Shown: in pieces, positions 1 to 10,027 of the stretch | Layout: each line of letters starts with the position of its first letter | How positions within the stretch are numbered: position 1 is the first letter of the stretch | Assembly: GCA_963789265.1 (NCBI GenBank) | Contig: CAWBKB010000006.1 | Span: 401,393 to 465,392, forward strand | Source of the DNA: an uncultured delta proteobacterium | Lineage (GTDB): Bacteria; Desulfobacterota; Desulfomonilia; Desulfomonilales; Desulfomonilaceae | Length of the DNA: 64,000 nucleotides | Direction: 5' to 3' | The notes under the pieces: model-generated | What the model was told of the DNA's origin: nothing | What the model saw: only the letters and a program-made list of their open reading frames with translations | Database searches by the model: none | Made by a program: the position numbers and the translations under genes

Positions 1-337
1 GATCGGCCAATATGCGAACTTTGAGCACGTGGTTGACCTTCTTCAGGAAGAAGTGGCCTCCGAGGCCGTGATACACCACATTGTCCTTCCGAACATGCTC
101 CAGGAAGGCTGCTTCAAAGAAGGCCAAGTACTTTTCTTTGCCGTAAGTGAAACGTTCCAAAACGGACGGTGCGTCGTGGAGAGCCCGCACCAGTTTTATT
201 TCGGGGATATTGAAATGATCGGAAGCTTCGACGAGGACCTCGCGAGAGATGCAGTCGTACCCGAGTCTTTGTGCAACTCTCTCGGCGACATCTTTTCCTT
301 TGCTGTAAGATCCCCTGGAAATAGTAATTATGGGCAT
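1..337 (-). CDS. cytidylate kinase-like family protein (partial, runs off the window start)
   Basis: Manual translation from ATG at 337 gives MPIITISRGSYSKGKDVAERVAQRLGYDCISREVL...; a GGAG RBS lies upstream. Not in the ORF track because no stop falls inside the window. Confidence 0.85.
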   Translation of the reverse strand, partial: MPIITISRGSYSKGKDVAERVAQRLGYDCISREVLVEASDHFNIPEIKLVRALHDAPSVLERFTYGKEKYLAFFEAAFLEHVRKDNVVYHGLGGHFFLKKVNHVLKVRILAD

Positions 338-414
338 TGTCCCACTCCTTTCGACCGAACACTAAGTGCATCGTATAGCAAATACGGTGAGGCCAGGAAC
401 CTGGCACGGAAGAA

Positions 415-500
415 AAGATTGCTTCGCTGCGCTCGCAACGACAGATAGCGTGAATGTCATTGCGAGGAGTGAAATCCCGCGTCCCGCGGGAAAGCAATCC
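415..500. repeat. palindromic intergenic repeat (GATTGCTTCG...CTCGCAACGAC / GTCATTGCGAG...AAGCAATC type) with an internal mini-hairpin
   Basis: Inverted arms gattgcttcg...tcgcaacgaca and tgtcattgcga...aagcaatc. Confidence 0.7.
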
Positions 501-654
501 CACCTTGAAACTGCGCGTTCGAGTTCATGAATCGAAATACTAGTACATTTCTCCGTAAGCGAGTTCGGCATGCGCCGAACACTTTTTAGGATAATAATTT
601 TGATCCATCCTTACAAACAATTAATTTTTTCGCCGGTCCCGCAACTCACCGGTG

Positions 655-1773
655 TCAGTCCCCCTTGATCTTTCTCTCGGCTTTGCAGCTTACGCCGATT
701 CCTTCCAGCCCCGTGTCGAAACATCCGCTACATGAGATGCACTTGGCTTTCGCGAGATCGCCACTCTTCCAGCGGTTGATCAGATCGGGCTCTCGGATTA
801 GAGGCCGGCAAAATGCCACGTAATCTGCAATTCCATCGGCAAGAATTCTTGAAACCACAGCGGGAGACCTTATTCCACCCACAGTAACTATCGGCACGTT
901 GACCGATTCTTTGAACCGACGCGCCAATTCCGCGAGGTAGGCCTCGTCCTCTTCCCGGTGAATATTTTGGCGAGAAGGCACCATTCCATTAACCGAGGCT
1001 CGATTGCCTCCGCTAACCTCGATGCAGTCTATTCCGTCGTCCACCAGCCTGCGGGCCACTTGGAGCGACTCGTCCGGAACTAGGCCTTCATCGACATAAT
1101 CGTTGCCGCTCAGCTTGATGAAGACCGGATAATCCGAGCCGACCGCTCCTCTTACCGCTTCCATTGTCTCGCCGAGGAAACGGTAGCGCCTGCTTATGTT
1201 TCCCCCGTAACCGTCGGTTCGCCGATTTGTTGCGCCGGAGAGGAATTGATTGATACCGTACCCATGAGCGCCGTGAAGCTGTATCCCGTCGAATCCCGCC
1301 CTTTTGGCCCTGGAAGCGGCCGCTGCATAAGCTTCGATCACCTGGGCTATCTCCTGCCGCGTCATCTCCTTGGGTGTATTTCCGGTCAGAGCGTCAGGCA
1401 CAGCGGAAGGGCCCCAGATTTCTCCTTCTTCCGGGAACAGTTCAGAGTTCGCCCGACTGCCGGTGTGGGCAAGCTGGGCCATCACTTTACCGCCTTGCGA
1501 ATGGATTGCCACGGCCAGGCGGCTGAGCCCCTCCAACTGGTTGTCGCTGTAGTTACCAATCTGATAAAGTATGGCGATCCCATTGGGCATCACGTACTGA
1601 AACCCGGTAACAATTAGGCCCACCCCACCGGCAGCCAGCCTACCATAAAATTCTATTGCCGTATCCGTGACGTACCCTTTTCGGTCACCGACACCGGACC
1701 ACGTGGCGCTTCGGACGGATCGGTTATTAAGTTCCAGGGACTTAATCATGGTCTTTTCAAAAAGTTCGGGCAT
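655..1773 (-). CDS. NADH:flavin oxidoreductase (old yellow enzyme family)
   Basis: Motifs QLAHTG, GFDGIQLHGAHGYGINQFLS, NRRTDGYGG and RPLIREPDL. Confidence 0.92.
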   Translation of the reverse strand: MPELFEKTMIKSLELNNRSVRSATWSGVGDRKGYVTDTAIEFYGRLAAGGVGLIVTGFQYVMPNGIAILYQIGNYSDNQLEGLSRLAVAIHSQGGKVMAQLAHTGSRANSELFPEEGEIWGPSAVPDALTGNTPKEMTRQEIAQVIEAYAAAASRAKRAGFDGIQLHGAHGYGINQFLSGATNRRTDGYGGNISRRYRFLGETMEAVRGAVGSDYPVFIKLSGNDYVDEGLVPDESLQVARRLVDDGIDCIEVSGGNRASVNGMVPSRQNIHREEDEAYLAELARRFKESVNVPIVTVGGIRSPAVVSRILADGIADYVAFCRPLIREPDLINRWKSGDLAKAKCISCSGCFDTGLEGIGVSCKAERKIKGD

Positions 1774-1907
1774 TAATCTTGTCTCCTTTCATCCGGCGTC
1801 AGAGAAGCTCCAGGGCCACAGGCGGATGTGATGTAAAGCCGAAGAAGGCCCGGTACCCTCTATTGCCTCGGCAACTCCTGTTATGAGGGGTGAAGAGCAG
1901 TTTCGGC

Positions 1908-2111
1908 TCACTCCTGATCAAAACCAAGTTCTTTGCCGATTTCTCTAAGGCTTTTGGAGGGAGTGTCCATCGATTCTCCCCGTTCTTTCCTCAATTCACG
2001 AAGATCTCCAAAGTCCTCCAATGCCTCCTGAATTTGCAGAAACTCTTCGTAAGGGAGAATTACAAACTCCTTTTTCCCTTCCTTTTCGATAACTTGTGGA
2101 TGTAATCGCAT
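1908..2111 (-). CDS. type II antitoxin (Phd/YefM-like)
   Basis: 67 aa, with EKEGKKEFVILPYEEF...LEDFGDL; 8 bp downstream of a RelE-type toxin. Confidence 0.7.
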   Translation of the reverse strand: MRLHPQVIEKEGKKEFVILPYEEFLQIQEALEDFGDLRELRKERGESMDTPSKSLREIGKELGFDQE

Positions 2112-2119
2112 GACTGCTC

Positions 2120-2368
2120 CTATCTATATGCTTCCCTAAGATGGCGAATACGGTAAACAACGATTTTATCTCCTTTTACTTCGAAGAGGGCCCGCCATTT
2201 CCCCATCCTAAGCCGGTATTCCGGCCAATGATCCGTCAATTTCTTGATGTCGCCCTTGAGACCGCTTTCAAGCGCCAAAAGAGCATTGTACATGACGCGA
2301 GACTCATCTCTTGGCATGGCTTTCAGGTCTTTCTCAGCCTTCGGCTTCAGTTCGACAGTATATCTCAT
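2120..2368 (-). CDS. RelE/ParE family toxin
   Basis: Motifs KAEKDLK, DIKKL, YRLRMGKWRALF and IVVYRIRH. Confidence 0.85.
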   Translation of the reverse strand: MRYTVELKPKAEKDLKAMPRDESRVMYNALLALESGLKGDIKKLTDHWPEYRLRMGKWRALFEVKGDKIVVYRIRHLREAYR

Positions 2369-2758
2369 TCCAATCTATTCCGTGAAATGCTGCAAGCGAG
2401 CGCGGAGATACTAAGTCCTAAGTCTTGAGGGTCAGGCCTATTTTCTCAGCATTGATTCGTTTCTGCAATTCTCCATTAGTATCACGCTGGCTCTATCACT
2501 TTAGTGATGATACCAAGAAAGGCGTGTCGATTACCAAGGACGTCCCACAGCTAATCTCTAGCGCATCTGGCTCCAATGTCAACTTTATAAGCCCGATCCC
2601 GGATCCATGGGGCCAAGGCCCGATCTTGAGATCTTTCTCGCAACCAAGAAAAGATGGGGAGCAGTTGTTATGGAATATGCTATAGTTGGAACTACAGAAG
2701 GCCCGGCAAGACATTGACAAGAATAATTATGCTTGAGCATCATCACAGAGGACTTTAA

Positions 2759-2983
2759 TTGGACCAAAACAACTTTTCGATCTTTGACCTGCCTCCCTCT
2801 GAAAAACTGCAGCTAGTGGAAGACTTGTGGAATGACCTGGCAGCCACTCCAGAAGCGGTGCCGGTGCATGACTGGCAGAAAGAAGAATTGGCCAGAAGAA
2901 AGGCCAATCTGATGAAAAACCCCGCTGCGGGGCTCACGTGGGAACAAGTGAAGAGACGGGTCCGAAGTCCTTATGGCCGCTGA
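2759..2983 (+). CDS. addiction module antitoxin (TIGR02574-like)
   Basis: LPPSEKLQLVEDLWNDL...DWQKEELARRK...TWEQVKRR; GAGGA RBS. Confidence 0.8.
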   Translation: MDQNNFSIFDLPPSEKLQLVEDLWNDLAATPEAVPVHDWQKEELARRKANLMKNPAAGLTWEQVKRRVRSPYGR

Positions 2984-3081
2984 ATTGATGGCCGCACTTC
3001 CTTTTACCCCTGTCATAAAAGGCCATCCGGCCCATTCTTCCTAAGCGTGTAAAATTCCTGCAATCGGTGCATCTGCGTCCA

Positions 3082-4737
3082 TCAATGAACCACTAGCAGA
3101 GTAAAGGGATATACATAAGCCTGAAGAAATACCAGGCAACCCACAAGCGTAGCCAGGGCAAGGCTGTGGAAGAAAACGTACCGCAGAATGTCCCCCTCGT
3201 GGCCGTACCACTGGGTTGCAGTACTGGCCACCACGATGCTCTGAGCGTCAATCATCTTGCCCATGACACCGCCCGCACTGTTGGCAGAACACATCAGCGT
3301 CGGGCTTATACCTATCTGCTGGGCGGAAATCCGCTGCAAACTACCAAAAAGCACGTTGGAAGATGTGTCCGAACCTGTGAGTGCGACTCCAAGCCATCCG
3401 AGCAAAGTCCCGAAGAAAGGATAGAGGTGACCGGTCATGGCAAAAGCTATGCCCATAGTGGCATCCAGCCCGGAATATCGAGTCACGAATCCGAGAGAAA
3501 GCATGGCTGATATTGTCAAGATGGAATACTTAATCATCTTGATCGTTTCCCAGTAGATTCTCACCATGTCGCGGACGGAATAGCCCATAACAAAACCCGA
3601 TATTATCGCTGCCAAGAGGATGCCTGTGCCTGTGGCCGACAACCAGTTGAGAACGTAGACTGCCTTCTCGGCCACAGGCTTTGTAACCACGGGAGGCATG
3701 CGCATCACCATGAGGTGCAGGTCGGGGACCAGGAACTTGGGCATGGAAATCGCGTTGAGAAAATGCTTGAACGGCCCCAGACCCCACAGGAAGACGAGAA
3801 CACTGAGGATAATCCACGGCGTCCAGGCCCGAATCACTTCTCCTCTGGTGTAATCGTGACTTGCTCGCGCTTCAGCGGTCGCATCATGCCCGTTCAGCCC
3901 CCAAATCTGTTTCGGATGCCACTTCATCAAGAATATCGTCACCGCAGCCAGCGATACCAATGAAGATATGATGTCCACCAGCGAAGGGCCATGGAAATTA
4001 GAAACCAGAAATTGAGGAACTGCGAAAAAAACTCCGGCCACCAATGTAGCCGGCCATACGCCGATTATCCCGCGGAATCCCGCGTAAGCCCACACAAGCC
4101 AGAACGGGACGAGAAGGGAGAAGAAGGGGAGGATGCGCCCTACCATCGCGCTCAAATGCATTTCGTTCAATCCGCTGACCCCTGCCAAAGTAGTGACCGG
4201 GATGCCCAAGGCTCCAAAAGCTACGGGGGCTGTGTTTGCAATCAAGGAGAGCCCGGAAGCTTCAAGCGGCCCGAAACCTAAACCGATCAAAATTGCGGCA
4301 GTAACAGCCACCGGAGTGCCAAATCCGGCGGCCCCTTCGAAGAAGGCTCCAAAGGCAAAAGCGATGAGCACTAACTGCAACCTGCTGTCCTGCGTAACAG
4401 CGGTAAGGCTGGTCTGTAGGATCTCGAACTGGCCTTTCTCCTTCGTGAGCCGATAGAGGAAAATGACGTGCAGGATGATCCAGCATATAGGCATGAGGCC
4501 GAAGCACGCCCCATAGATTGCGGTGGCTGTTGCGAGTTTTCCGGGCATGTGAAACATAGCCGTTGCCACAGCCAAAGCCGTGGCAAGACCCAGGAGAGCG
4601 GCATAGTGGGCCTTGATTCTGAGAATCGCCAGTGTCCCCAACAGGACCACTACCGGCAAAGCGGCACACAGCGTCGAGAGCGCAATATTATTCAGTGGAT
4701 TGTAAACTTGTTGCCAAGGCACCTCCAAACCTCCCAT
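3082..4737 (-). CDS. lctP: L-lactate/glycolate permease
   Basis: 551-aa polytopic membrane protein with FEGAAGFGTPVA, ANTAPVAFG, TGSDTSSN and GKMIDAQSI. Confidence 0.93.
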   Translation of the reverse strand: MGGLEVPWQQVYNPLNNIALSTLCAALPVVVLLGTLAILRIKAHYAALLGLATALAVATAMFHMPGKLATATAIYGACFGLMPICWIILHVIFLYRLTKEKGQFEILQTSLTAVTQDSRLQLVLIAFAFGAFFEGAAGFGTPVAVTAAILIGLGFGPLEASGLSLIANTAPVAFGALGIPVTTLAGVSGLNEMHLSAMVGRILPFFSLLVPFWLVWAYAGFRGIIGVWPATLVAGVFFAVPQFLVSNFHGPSLVDIISSLVSLAAVTIFLMKWHPKQIWGLNGHDATAEARASHDYTRGEVIRAWTPWIILSVLVFLWGLGPFKHFLNAISMPKFLVPDLHLMVMRMPPVVTKPVAEKAVYVLNWLSATGTGILLAAIISGFVMGYSVRDMVRIYWETIKMIKYSILTISAMLSLGFVTRYSGLDATMGIAFAMTGHLYPFFGTLLGWLGVALTGSDTSSNVLFGSLQRISAQQIGISPTLMCSANSAGGVMGKMIDAQSIVVASTATQWYGHEGDILRYVFFHSLALATLVGCLVFLQAYVYPFTLLVVH

Positions 4738-4800
4738 CTTCAGTCAAAAATCCCCCCCTTTCCCCATGAGCGTTAAAATAGCCAGCCTCTCAGAATTTGA

Positions 4801-5210
4801 GAGCCCCAGCGGGGCTCAATGATAGTAGCCCGGCAATTCAGAAACTGTCTCAAAACTATGTTGATGCCGAGCATCGTGCCACGATGGCTGCCCGGCACTA
4901 AAGTACCGGTCTACTCTCAATCGCCCCGATGGGGCTCAAATACAAACGTCCCGGAGGGACTAGTGATAGTAGCCCGGTAATTCATTGCCGGGAATAGGGA
5001 GCATTCGTGTTACGATTTCGTTCGGTTCCAGGGTTTTGAGACACTTTCTTCATTGCCGGGGGACCGGTGAGCGATGATCCAGTTCTTCGTTCCCAGGGCG
5101 CCGGAGGTAAAAATGCTTCGGGCGCCCTGGGGACGAACAGGCTCTCTTGGCCGCTTGTTCCCGGCGATCCCGCGTTCCGCGGGACTATCGGGATGTCCCT
5201 CCGGGACAGC
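4801..5210. repeat. cluster of REP-like palindromes between glcF and lctP
   Basis: Contains gagccccagcggggctc, two copies of tagcccgg(c/t)aattcattgccggg, gtcccggagggac/gtccctccgggac and ttcgttcccagggcgcc...ggcgccctggggacgaa. Confidence 0.7.
4841..5048 (+). mobile_element. MITE family A, copy 1
   Basis: TIRs GAAACTGTCTCAAAA...TTTTGAGACACTTTC; 4-bp duplication TTCA on both sides. Confidence 0.85.
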
Positions 5211-5262
5211 AACGCCTCAGCAATCAATCAACCTTATTTTAACGGCTATGCCCCTTTCCCCG

Positions 5263-6582
5263 TTAATGTTGAATCCCGCGTTCCAGTGAAAGATTAATAA
5301 TCTCGCATGTATGAGACACACTCCAGCTACGGCCCCACTTTTTCCGGGCGTACTGGAGTTGCATTAAGCAACCGGGGTTGGAAGTAATGACCCTTTCGGC
5401 CCCCGTTTTGTCGATCGCTGCGACCTTGGCCTCAAGGATCTTCATGGCTCGTTCACGGTGGGTAATATTGTAGATTCCGGCCGAACCGCAGCATTGTCCT
5501 TCATCAAGGATGTCTTTCAGCGTGAGGCCGGGTATCAGGCCCAGCACGTCGCGCTGCGGAGTGATGAGCCTTTGCCCGTGGCGTAGGTGACAGGGATCAT
5601 GAAAACAAACTGTCTCGGGGATTGCACCAAGTTTGATGTAGTCCTTCAGCGCAGGAGCCAGGAATTCGGATATGTCCCGAACCTTTGCGGAAAATGCCTC
5701 AGCCTTCTCGGCCATGCGGGCACGCTGGCCAAGGGTTTCGCGGTAGGCTTTCAATTCGGATCCGCACGCGGCGCAGTCCGTGACAATCGCTTCCACTCTT
5801 TTTTCTTCGAACAGGTTTACATTGTGTTCGGCCATTTCGCGGTAAATTTTTCGCTCGCCTTCAGCGATGTTGGGTGTACCGCAACACTGCTGGTTTTTCG
5901 GAACAACGACCGTGTACCCCGCTCGAGTGAGAATGTTTATTGTGGCTCGACTCACTTCTCCGAAGATGAGGTTCATTGCGCAGCCCAAGAAAAAGCCCAC
6001 TCGGCCCCTTTCCTTTCCAACCGCGGGGATTTCTTCGGGCAGAGTATGGCTTAACGGCCGCACAGGAAGAGGCGGCAGCAAGGATTCCATAAATTCCAAA
6101 TCAGGTGAGATGAGGCGCAAAATGTGGGATTTCTCAATTAGCCGTTGAAGCCCCGAATACTGGTACACGCGTAGAGGCGTTAAAAGATGCGAGAGCTTTT
6201 CCTGATCACGAATGGCATGATGGAGGACAAATCGCTTCAATAGAGGCTGCGCGGTATTCTCCTCAATCCGATGCCGCGCCTCAAGGACTAATTCGCCCAC
6301 TTTGACTCCCGCGGGGCAAACGGTTTGGCAATTGCGGCAGTCCAGGCAATGGTACATGTGGCCCACAAATTCTTCCGAAGCCGACAATCGTCCGTCAATG
6401 ACTGCCTTGATCATAGCCACGCGGCCTCGGGGAGACTGGGTCTCTATACCGTCGGTGCGATAGGTCGGGCAGGTAGGGAGGCAGGTTCCGCACCTCATAC
6501 ACTGGAGGACATCGCCGTAATCGTGAATATCCAAAGTAGCCAAAGCCTTGGCAATCTTCTCTGAATCGACGTGCTTGCCCAT
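5263..6582 (-). CDS. glcF: glycolate/lactate oxidase Fe-S subunit (GlcF-like)
   Basis: Two CxxCxxCxxxCP ferredoxin motifs plus two CCG domains. Confidence 0.85.
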   Translation of the reverse strand: MGKHVDSEKIAKALATLDIHDYGDVLQCMRCGTCLPTCPTYRTDGIETQSPRGRVAMIKAVIDGRLSASEEFVGHMYHCLDCRNCQTVCPAGVKVGELVLEARHRIEENTAQPLLKRFVLHHAIRDQEKLSHLLTPLRVYQYSGLQRLIEKSHILRLISPDLEFMESLLPPLPVRPLSHTLPEEIPAVGKERGRVGFFLGCAMNLIFGEVSRATINILTRAGYTVVVPKNQQCCGTPNIAEGERKIYREMAEHNVNLFEEKRVEAIVTDCAACGSELKAYRETLGQRARMAEKAEAFSAKVRDISEFLAPALKDYIKLGAIPETVCFHDPCHLRHGQRLITPQRDVLGLIPGLTLKDILDEGQCCGSAGIYNITHRERAMKILEAKVAAIDKTGAERVITSNPGCLMQLQYARKKWGRSWSVSHTCEIINLSLERGIQH

Positions 6583-6587
6583 AGAAG

Positions 6588-7976
6588 CTATTCTGTATTC
6601 TCCAGAAATATTTTTCCCGGATTGAGACGGCCTTCAGGGTCGAAGGCCCGTTTGATCTTTCTCATAACCTCAATGGCCTTCGGGCCTACCATTTGAGGCA
6701 GATATTTGGATTTCGTGATTCCCGTGCCATGCTCGCCCGAGATGGTACCGCCGAGGCTGATGGCCTTTTTGAAAATTTCGTCATAAGCGGCTTCCACTCG
6801 ATGAATTTCTTCGGTATCTCGTTCGTCGGTCAGACAAGTTGGGTGGAGATTGCCGTCACCCGCGTGCCCGAATGTCCCGATCTTTATTGAATATCTTTTG
6901 GCGGCTTCCTGGATGGCAGCCATCATCTCCGGGATAGCCGGCCGAGGCACCGTCACATCTTCGAGTATCGTGGTCGGCCTGACTCGCGCCAGAGCTGTGA
7001 GAGCATTCCGTCGAGCGGTGAACAGCTCTTCCGATTCTTTCAGGTCCTTGGCCACCCGCAATGTCCGGGCCCGGTTGGCTCGACAAGCTTCTTCAATGCC
7101 CGCGGCTTCCTCTCCAACAACCTCCGGGTGTCCGTCCGCCTCGATCAGAAGCAGTGCGGCCACATCGCGTGGCAGGCCGATCATGACGTGATCTTCCACG
7201 CAGTTAATAGTCATCGAGTCCATCAGTTCCAGGGTAGAGGGAATGATCTTGCGTGAGATTATTGTGGAAACTGTGCGTGCAGCATCTATTATATCGTCGT
7301 ACAGAGCAAGAAAGGTTTTCCTGGCCCGCGGCTTGGGAATGAGCTTTAGCGTTATCTTTGAGAAGATTCCGATTGTTCCTTCGGAACCCGTCAAGAATTT
7401 GGTGAGGTTGTACCCCGCCACGTCTTTCACGCACTTGGTTCCATAATGGACCTTGGACCCATCAATCAGCCACGTGTCAAGGGCAAGCACATAGTCGCCG
7501 GTGATCCCGTACTTCAGTCCTCGCAAACCTCCGGCATTTTCTGCCACGTTCCCGCCGATGGTACAAACCTTCATGCTTCCCGGATCGGGTGGATAGAACA
7601 GGTTTTGGGCTTCAACGGCAGCATGAAGATCCGCGGTAATCACCCCCGGTTCTACGGTCACTGAGAGGTCATTCGACTCGATCTCGATGATGCGGTTCAT
7701 GGCAGTAGTGGCAATGACAATCCCGCCCTTCACCGGGACGGAACCGCCGCTCAGACCTGTACCGCTCCCCCTGGTGGTGACCGGCAGTCCTTCCCGTGCA
7801 GCGAATTCCAAGGTCAAACCGATATCTTCTTCTGTGATAACGCGGACAACCGCGTCAGGCTTGTGAGAAACAAGAGGAGCGGCGTCGTACGAGTAGCAAA
7901 GCAGCTCTGCCTCAGAGGACAGGACCTTGCTTTTGCCGAGCAGGCGTTCCAATTCGTTCACAAATGGTTTACGCAT
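6588..7976 (-). CDS. glcD: FAD-linked glycolate/D-lactate oxidase subunit (GlcD-like)
   Basis: Motifs RGSGTGLSGG, YPPDPGS, ENAGG..LKYG, GHAGDGNLH and SGEHG. Confidence 0.88.
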   Translation of the reverse strand: MRKPFVNELERLLGKSKVLSSEAELLCYSYDAAPLVSHKPDAVVRVITEEDIGLTLEFAAREGLPVTTRGSGTGLSGGSVPVKGGIVIATTAMNRIIEIESNDLSVTVEPGVITADLHAAVEAQNLFYPPDPGSMKVCTIGGNVAENAGGLRGLKYGITGDYVLALDTWLIDGSKVHYGTKCVKDVAGYNLTKFLTGSEGTIGIFSKITLKLIPKPRARKTFLALYDDIIDAARTVSTIISRKIIPSTLELMDSMTINCVEDHVMIGLPRDVAALLLIEADGHPEVVGEEAAGIEEACRANRARTLRVAKDLKESEELFTARRNALTALARVRPTTILEDVTVPRPAIPEMMAAIQEAAKRYSIKIGTFGHAGDGNLHPTCLTDERDTEEIHRVEAAYDEIFKKAISLGGTISGEHGTGITKSKYLPQMVGPKAIEVMRKIKRAFDPEGRLNPGKIFLENTE

Positions 7977-8003
7977 CTTAAGGGCTGTTCGGCCGAGGCA
8001 ACA

Positions 8004-8417
8004 TTACGCGGCCGTCAGTTCGTATGTCAGGCGGTCATCTTCAAGGTTGGTCACACGTATCTTCACTTTCATGCCTGCTTTGATTGCATCGTCAGGAAGA
8101 GAGCGGTCCATTCGGCCAAAGACCTTAATGCCGTCCGCGAATTCCGCGACTGCCAGCACGTACGGGACATCCTTTTCAAAGCCCGCAGGCGCATACATCG
8201 CCTTTGTGTACGTCAGGACAGTTCCCTCGCCCGCAACAGGGAACCATTCCATATCATCGCTGAGACAAACGTCGCAGTCACTGCGTGGCGGAAAGAATTT
8301 GGCTCCGCATCGCATGCACAAGGTGCCGGACAACTCGTTATTCTTCAGCAGATCCACAAATTGTTCAGTCTTCGTCACACCGGTGAAACTTATGATGCCG
8401 AACTGTTCAAATCCCAT
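8004..8417 (-). CDS. DUF35 Zn-ribbon/OB-fold protein (thiolase partner)
   Basis: CxxC...FPPRxxCxxC and PYVLAVAE motifs; start moved to the ATG at 8417, which follows a GGAGG RBS. Confidence 0.88.
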   Translation of the reverse strand: MGFEQFGIISFTGVTKTEQFVDLLKNNELSGTLCMRCGAKFFPPRSDCDVCLSDDMEWFPVAGEGTVLTYTKAMYAPAGFEKDVPYVLAVAEFADGIKVFGRMDRSLPDDAIKAGMKVKIRVTNLEDDRLTYELTAA

Positions 8418-8438
8418 GTCAATCCTCCAGAAAAGGCG

Positions 8439-8577
8439 TTTACCGCGGAGAGCGCAGAGACCGCGGAGAAATAAGTGTTCTTTATTTCTGTGGCAGGTGA
8501 GATATATGTCTGTACGACTCACCTTGTCATGTCCAAAGCATTTATCTCTCTGCGATCTCTGTGAACTCTGCGGTGAA
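8439..8577. repeat. paired inverted CGC(A/G)GAG-rich repeat arms
   Basis: accgcggagagcgcagagaccgcggag ... ctctgcgatctctgtgaactctgcggtgaa; the same family occurs at 11893-12088 and about 34140. Confidence 0.7.
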
Positions 8578-8581
8578 TTTC

Positions 8582-9736
8582 TTACTCCGCCCCGAATATG
8601 CTCACATTGCCATAGATGCCTACGCCGCCTATGTTATGGACCAGCCCGATTTTCGCGTCCGGCACCTGCATATCCCCTGCCTCGCCTCGCAACTGCAAGA
8701 TAATGGTACGGATTTGCGAGCCTCCGGTGGCTCCGATGGGATGCCCCTTGGAGAGCAATCCTCCATCTACGTTGACCGGAATATTGCCTTCCTTATAGGT
8801 CTCTTTGTTTCGAATAAGCTCTTTCCCTCGGCCCGGCTCTGCGAATCCCAGGTCTTCGTACGCCATCATCTCTGCGATTGTGAAGCAATCGTGGACTTCG
8901 GCTACGTCCACGTCTTTTGCTGTTATGCCCGCCATTTCGTAAGCTCGCTTTGCTGCCAGTTGCGCACACTTCAGTCCGCTAAAGGTATCTCTACCGGCCA
9001 TGTTTATCGGAGCCGTAGCCATGCCGAGCCCTTTTATCCAAATCGGTTTTTTGCAAAGGGCCTTCGCCCTTTCTTCGGAGGCAAGGATGACGCACGATGA
9101 GCCGTCCGCGTTCGCGCAACAATCGTACATCTTGAGAGGCGTGGCGATATACTTCGGCTCAAGCACTTTGTCCAGCGTCAAAGATTTGCGGAAGACCGCT
9201 TTCTCGTTGATCTGCCCGTAAGTTGAGGACTTGACGCGAATGAGGGCCAGGTCTTCCTCGGAAGTGCCGTACTTCTCGAAATGCCCGCGGGCGTACATTG
9301 CGTAGTAAGCCGGCATCATGGTTCCAAAAGGAGCTTCCCACTGAATATCCGCGCCGCGTCCCATTCTCTCTTGAGATTCCGCAGAAGAGATTTCGGACAT
9401 CTTCTGGAAGCCCAGCACGAGCACAACGTCGTGAAGGCCGGACGCGATAAGTGCGTACGCGGTTCTGAGGCCACTGGAACTGGATGAGCACACGCTTTCT
9501 ACATAGAAGGTGGGCTGGGGATTGAGCCCCAGGTACTCTGCCATAAGTCCTGCCGGCGTCCGCTGTTTGTCGTATTCAGGAGCCGAACAGATTACCGATG
9601 CGTCGATCTGTTCCGATTTGAGGCCCGCGTCTTGCATGGCGTCTCGGTAGGCTTCAAAAGCCAGTTCTCGGATCGAACCCGGGTAGGCCCGCACAAAAGC
9701 ACTTTGGCCGACGCCGATTACCGCAACCTTTGCCAT
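8582..9736 (-). CDS. thiolase, SCP2/archaeal-type acetyl-CoA C-acyltransferase
   Basis: Motifs ESVCSSSS, DVAEVHDCFT, NVDGGLLSKGHPIGATG and HNIGG. Confidence 0.9.
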   Translation of the reverse strand: MAKVAVIGVGQSAFVRAYPGSIRELAFEAYRDAMQDAGLKSEQIDASVICSAPEYDKQRTPAGLMAEYLGLNPQPTFYVESVCSSSSSGLRTAYALIASGLHDVVLVLGFQKMSEISSAESQERMGRGADIQWEAPFGTMMPAYYAMYARGHFEKYGTSEEDLALIRVKSSTYGQINEKAVFRKSLTLDKVLEPKYIATPLKMYDCCANADGSSCVILASEERAKALCKKPIWIKGLGMATAPINMAGRDTFSGLKCAQLAAKRAYEMAGITAKDVDVAEVHDCFTIAEMMAYEDLGFAEPGRGKELIRNKETYKEGNIPVNVDGGLLSKGHPIGATGGSQIRTIILQLRGEAGDMQVPDAKIGLVHNIGGVGIYGNVSIFGAE

Positions 9737-10027
9737 GTACTCCTCCTTATATTGAGATTGGAAACTTCGATAATTTGGAAGGTGTCAAATGATACCATGC
9801 GGCCGGGTTCGAGATCAACAGGCTCTCTGAGGACACGGAGATGAACTACGTACGCTCCTGTCGAGTTGACCCCAAGGCACGAGTCTGGTACAAATTGAAT
9901 GAGCCCAGCCTTTAAAGGCTATAATCAGAGGGCGCAGCAAGACAAGTGCTGTTGCCTTTTTTCGCTTGTGCTGTGGATGTTGTTCACGGGATGCCATAAA
10001 CTTTTACCAAACGAGAAGGAATAAGTG

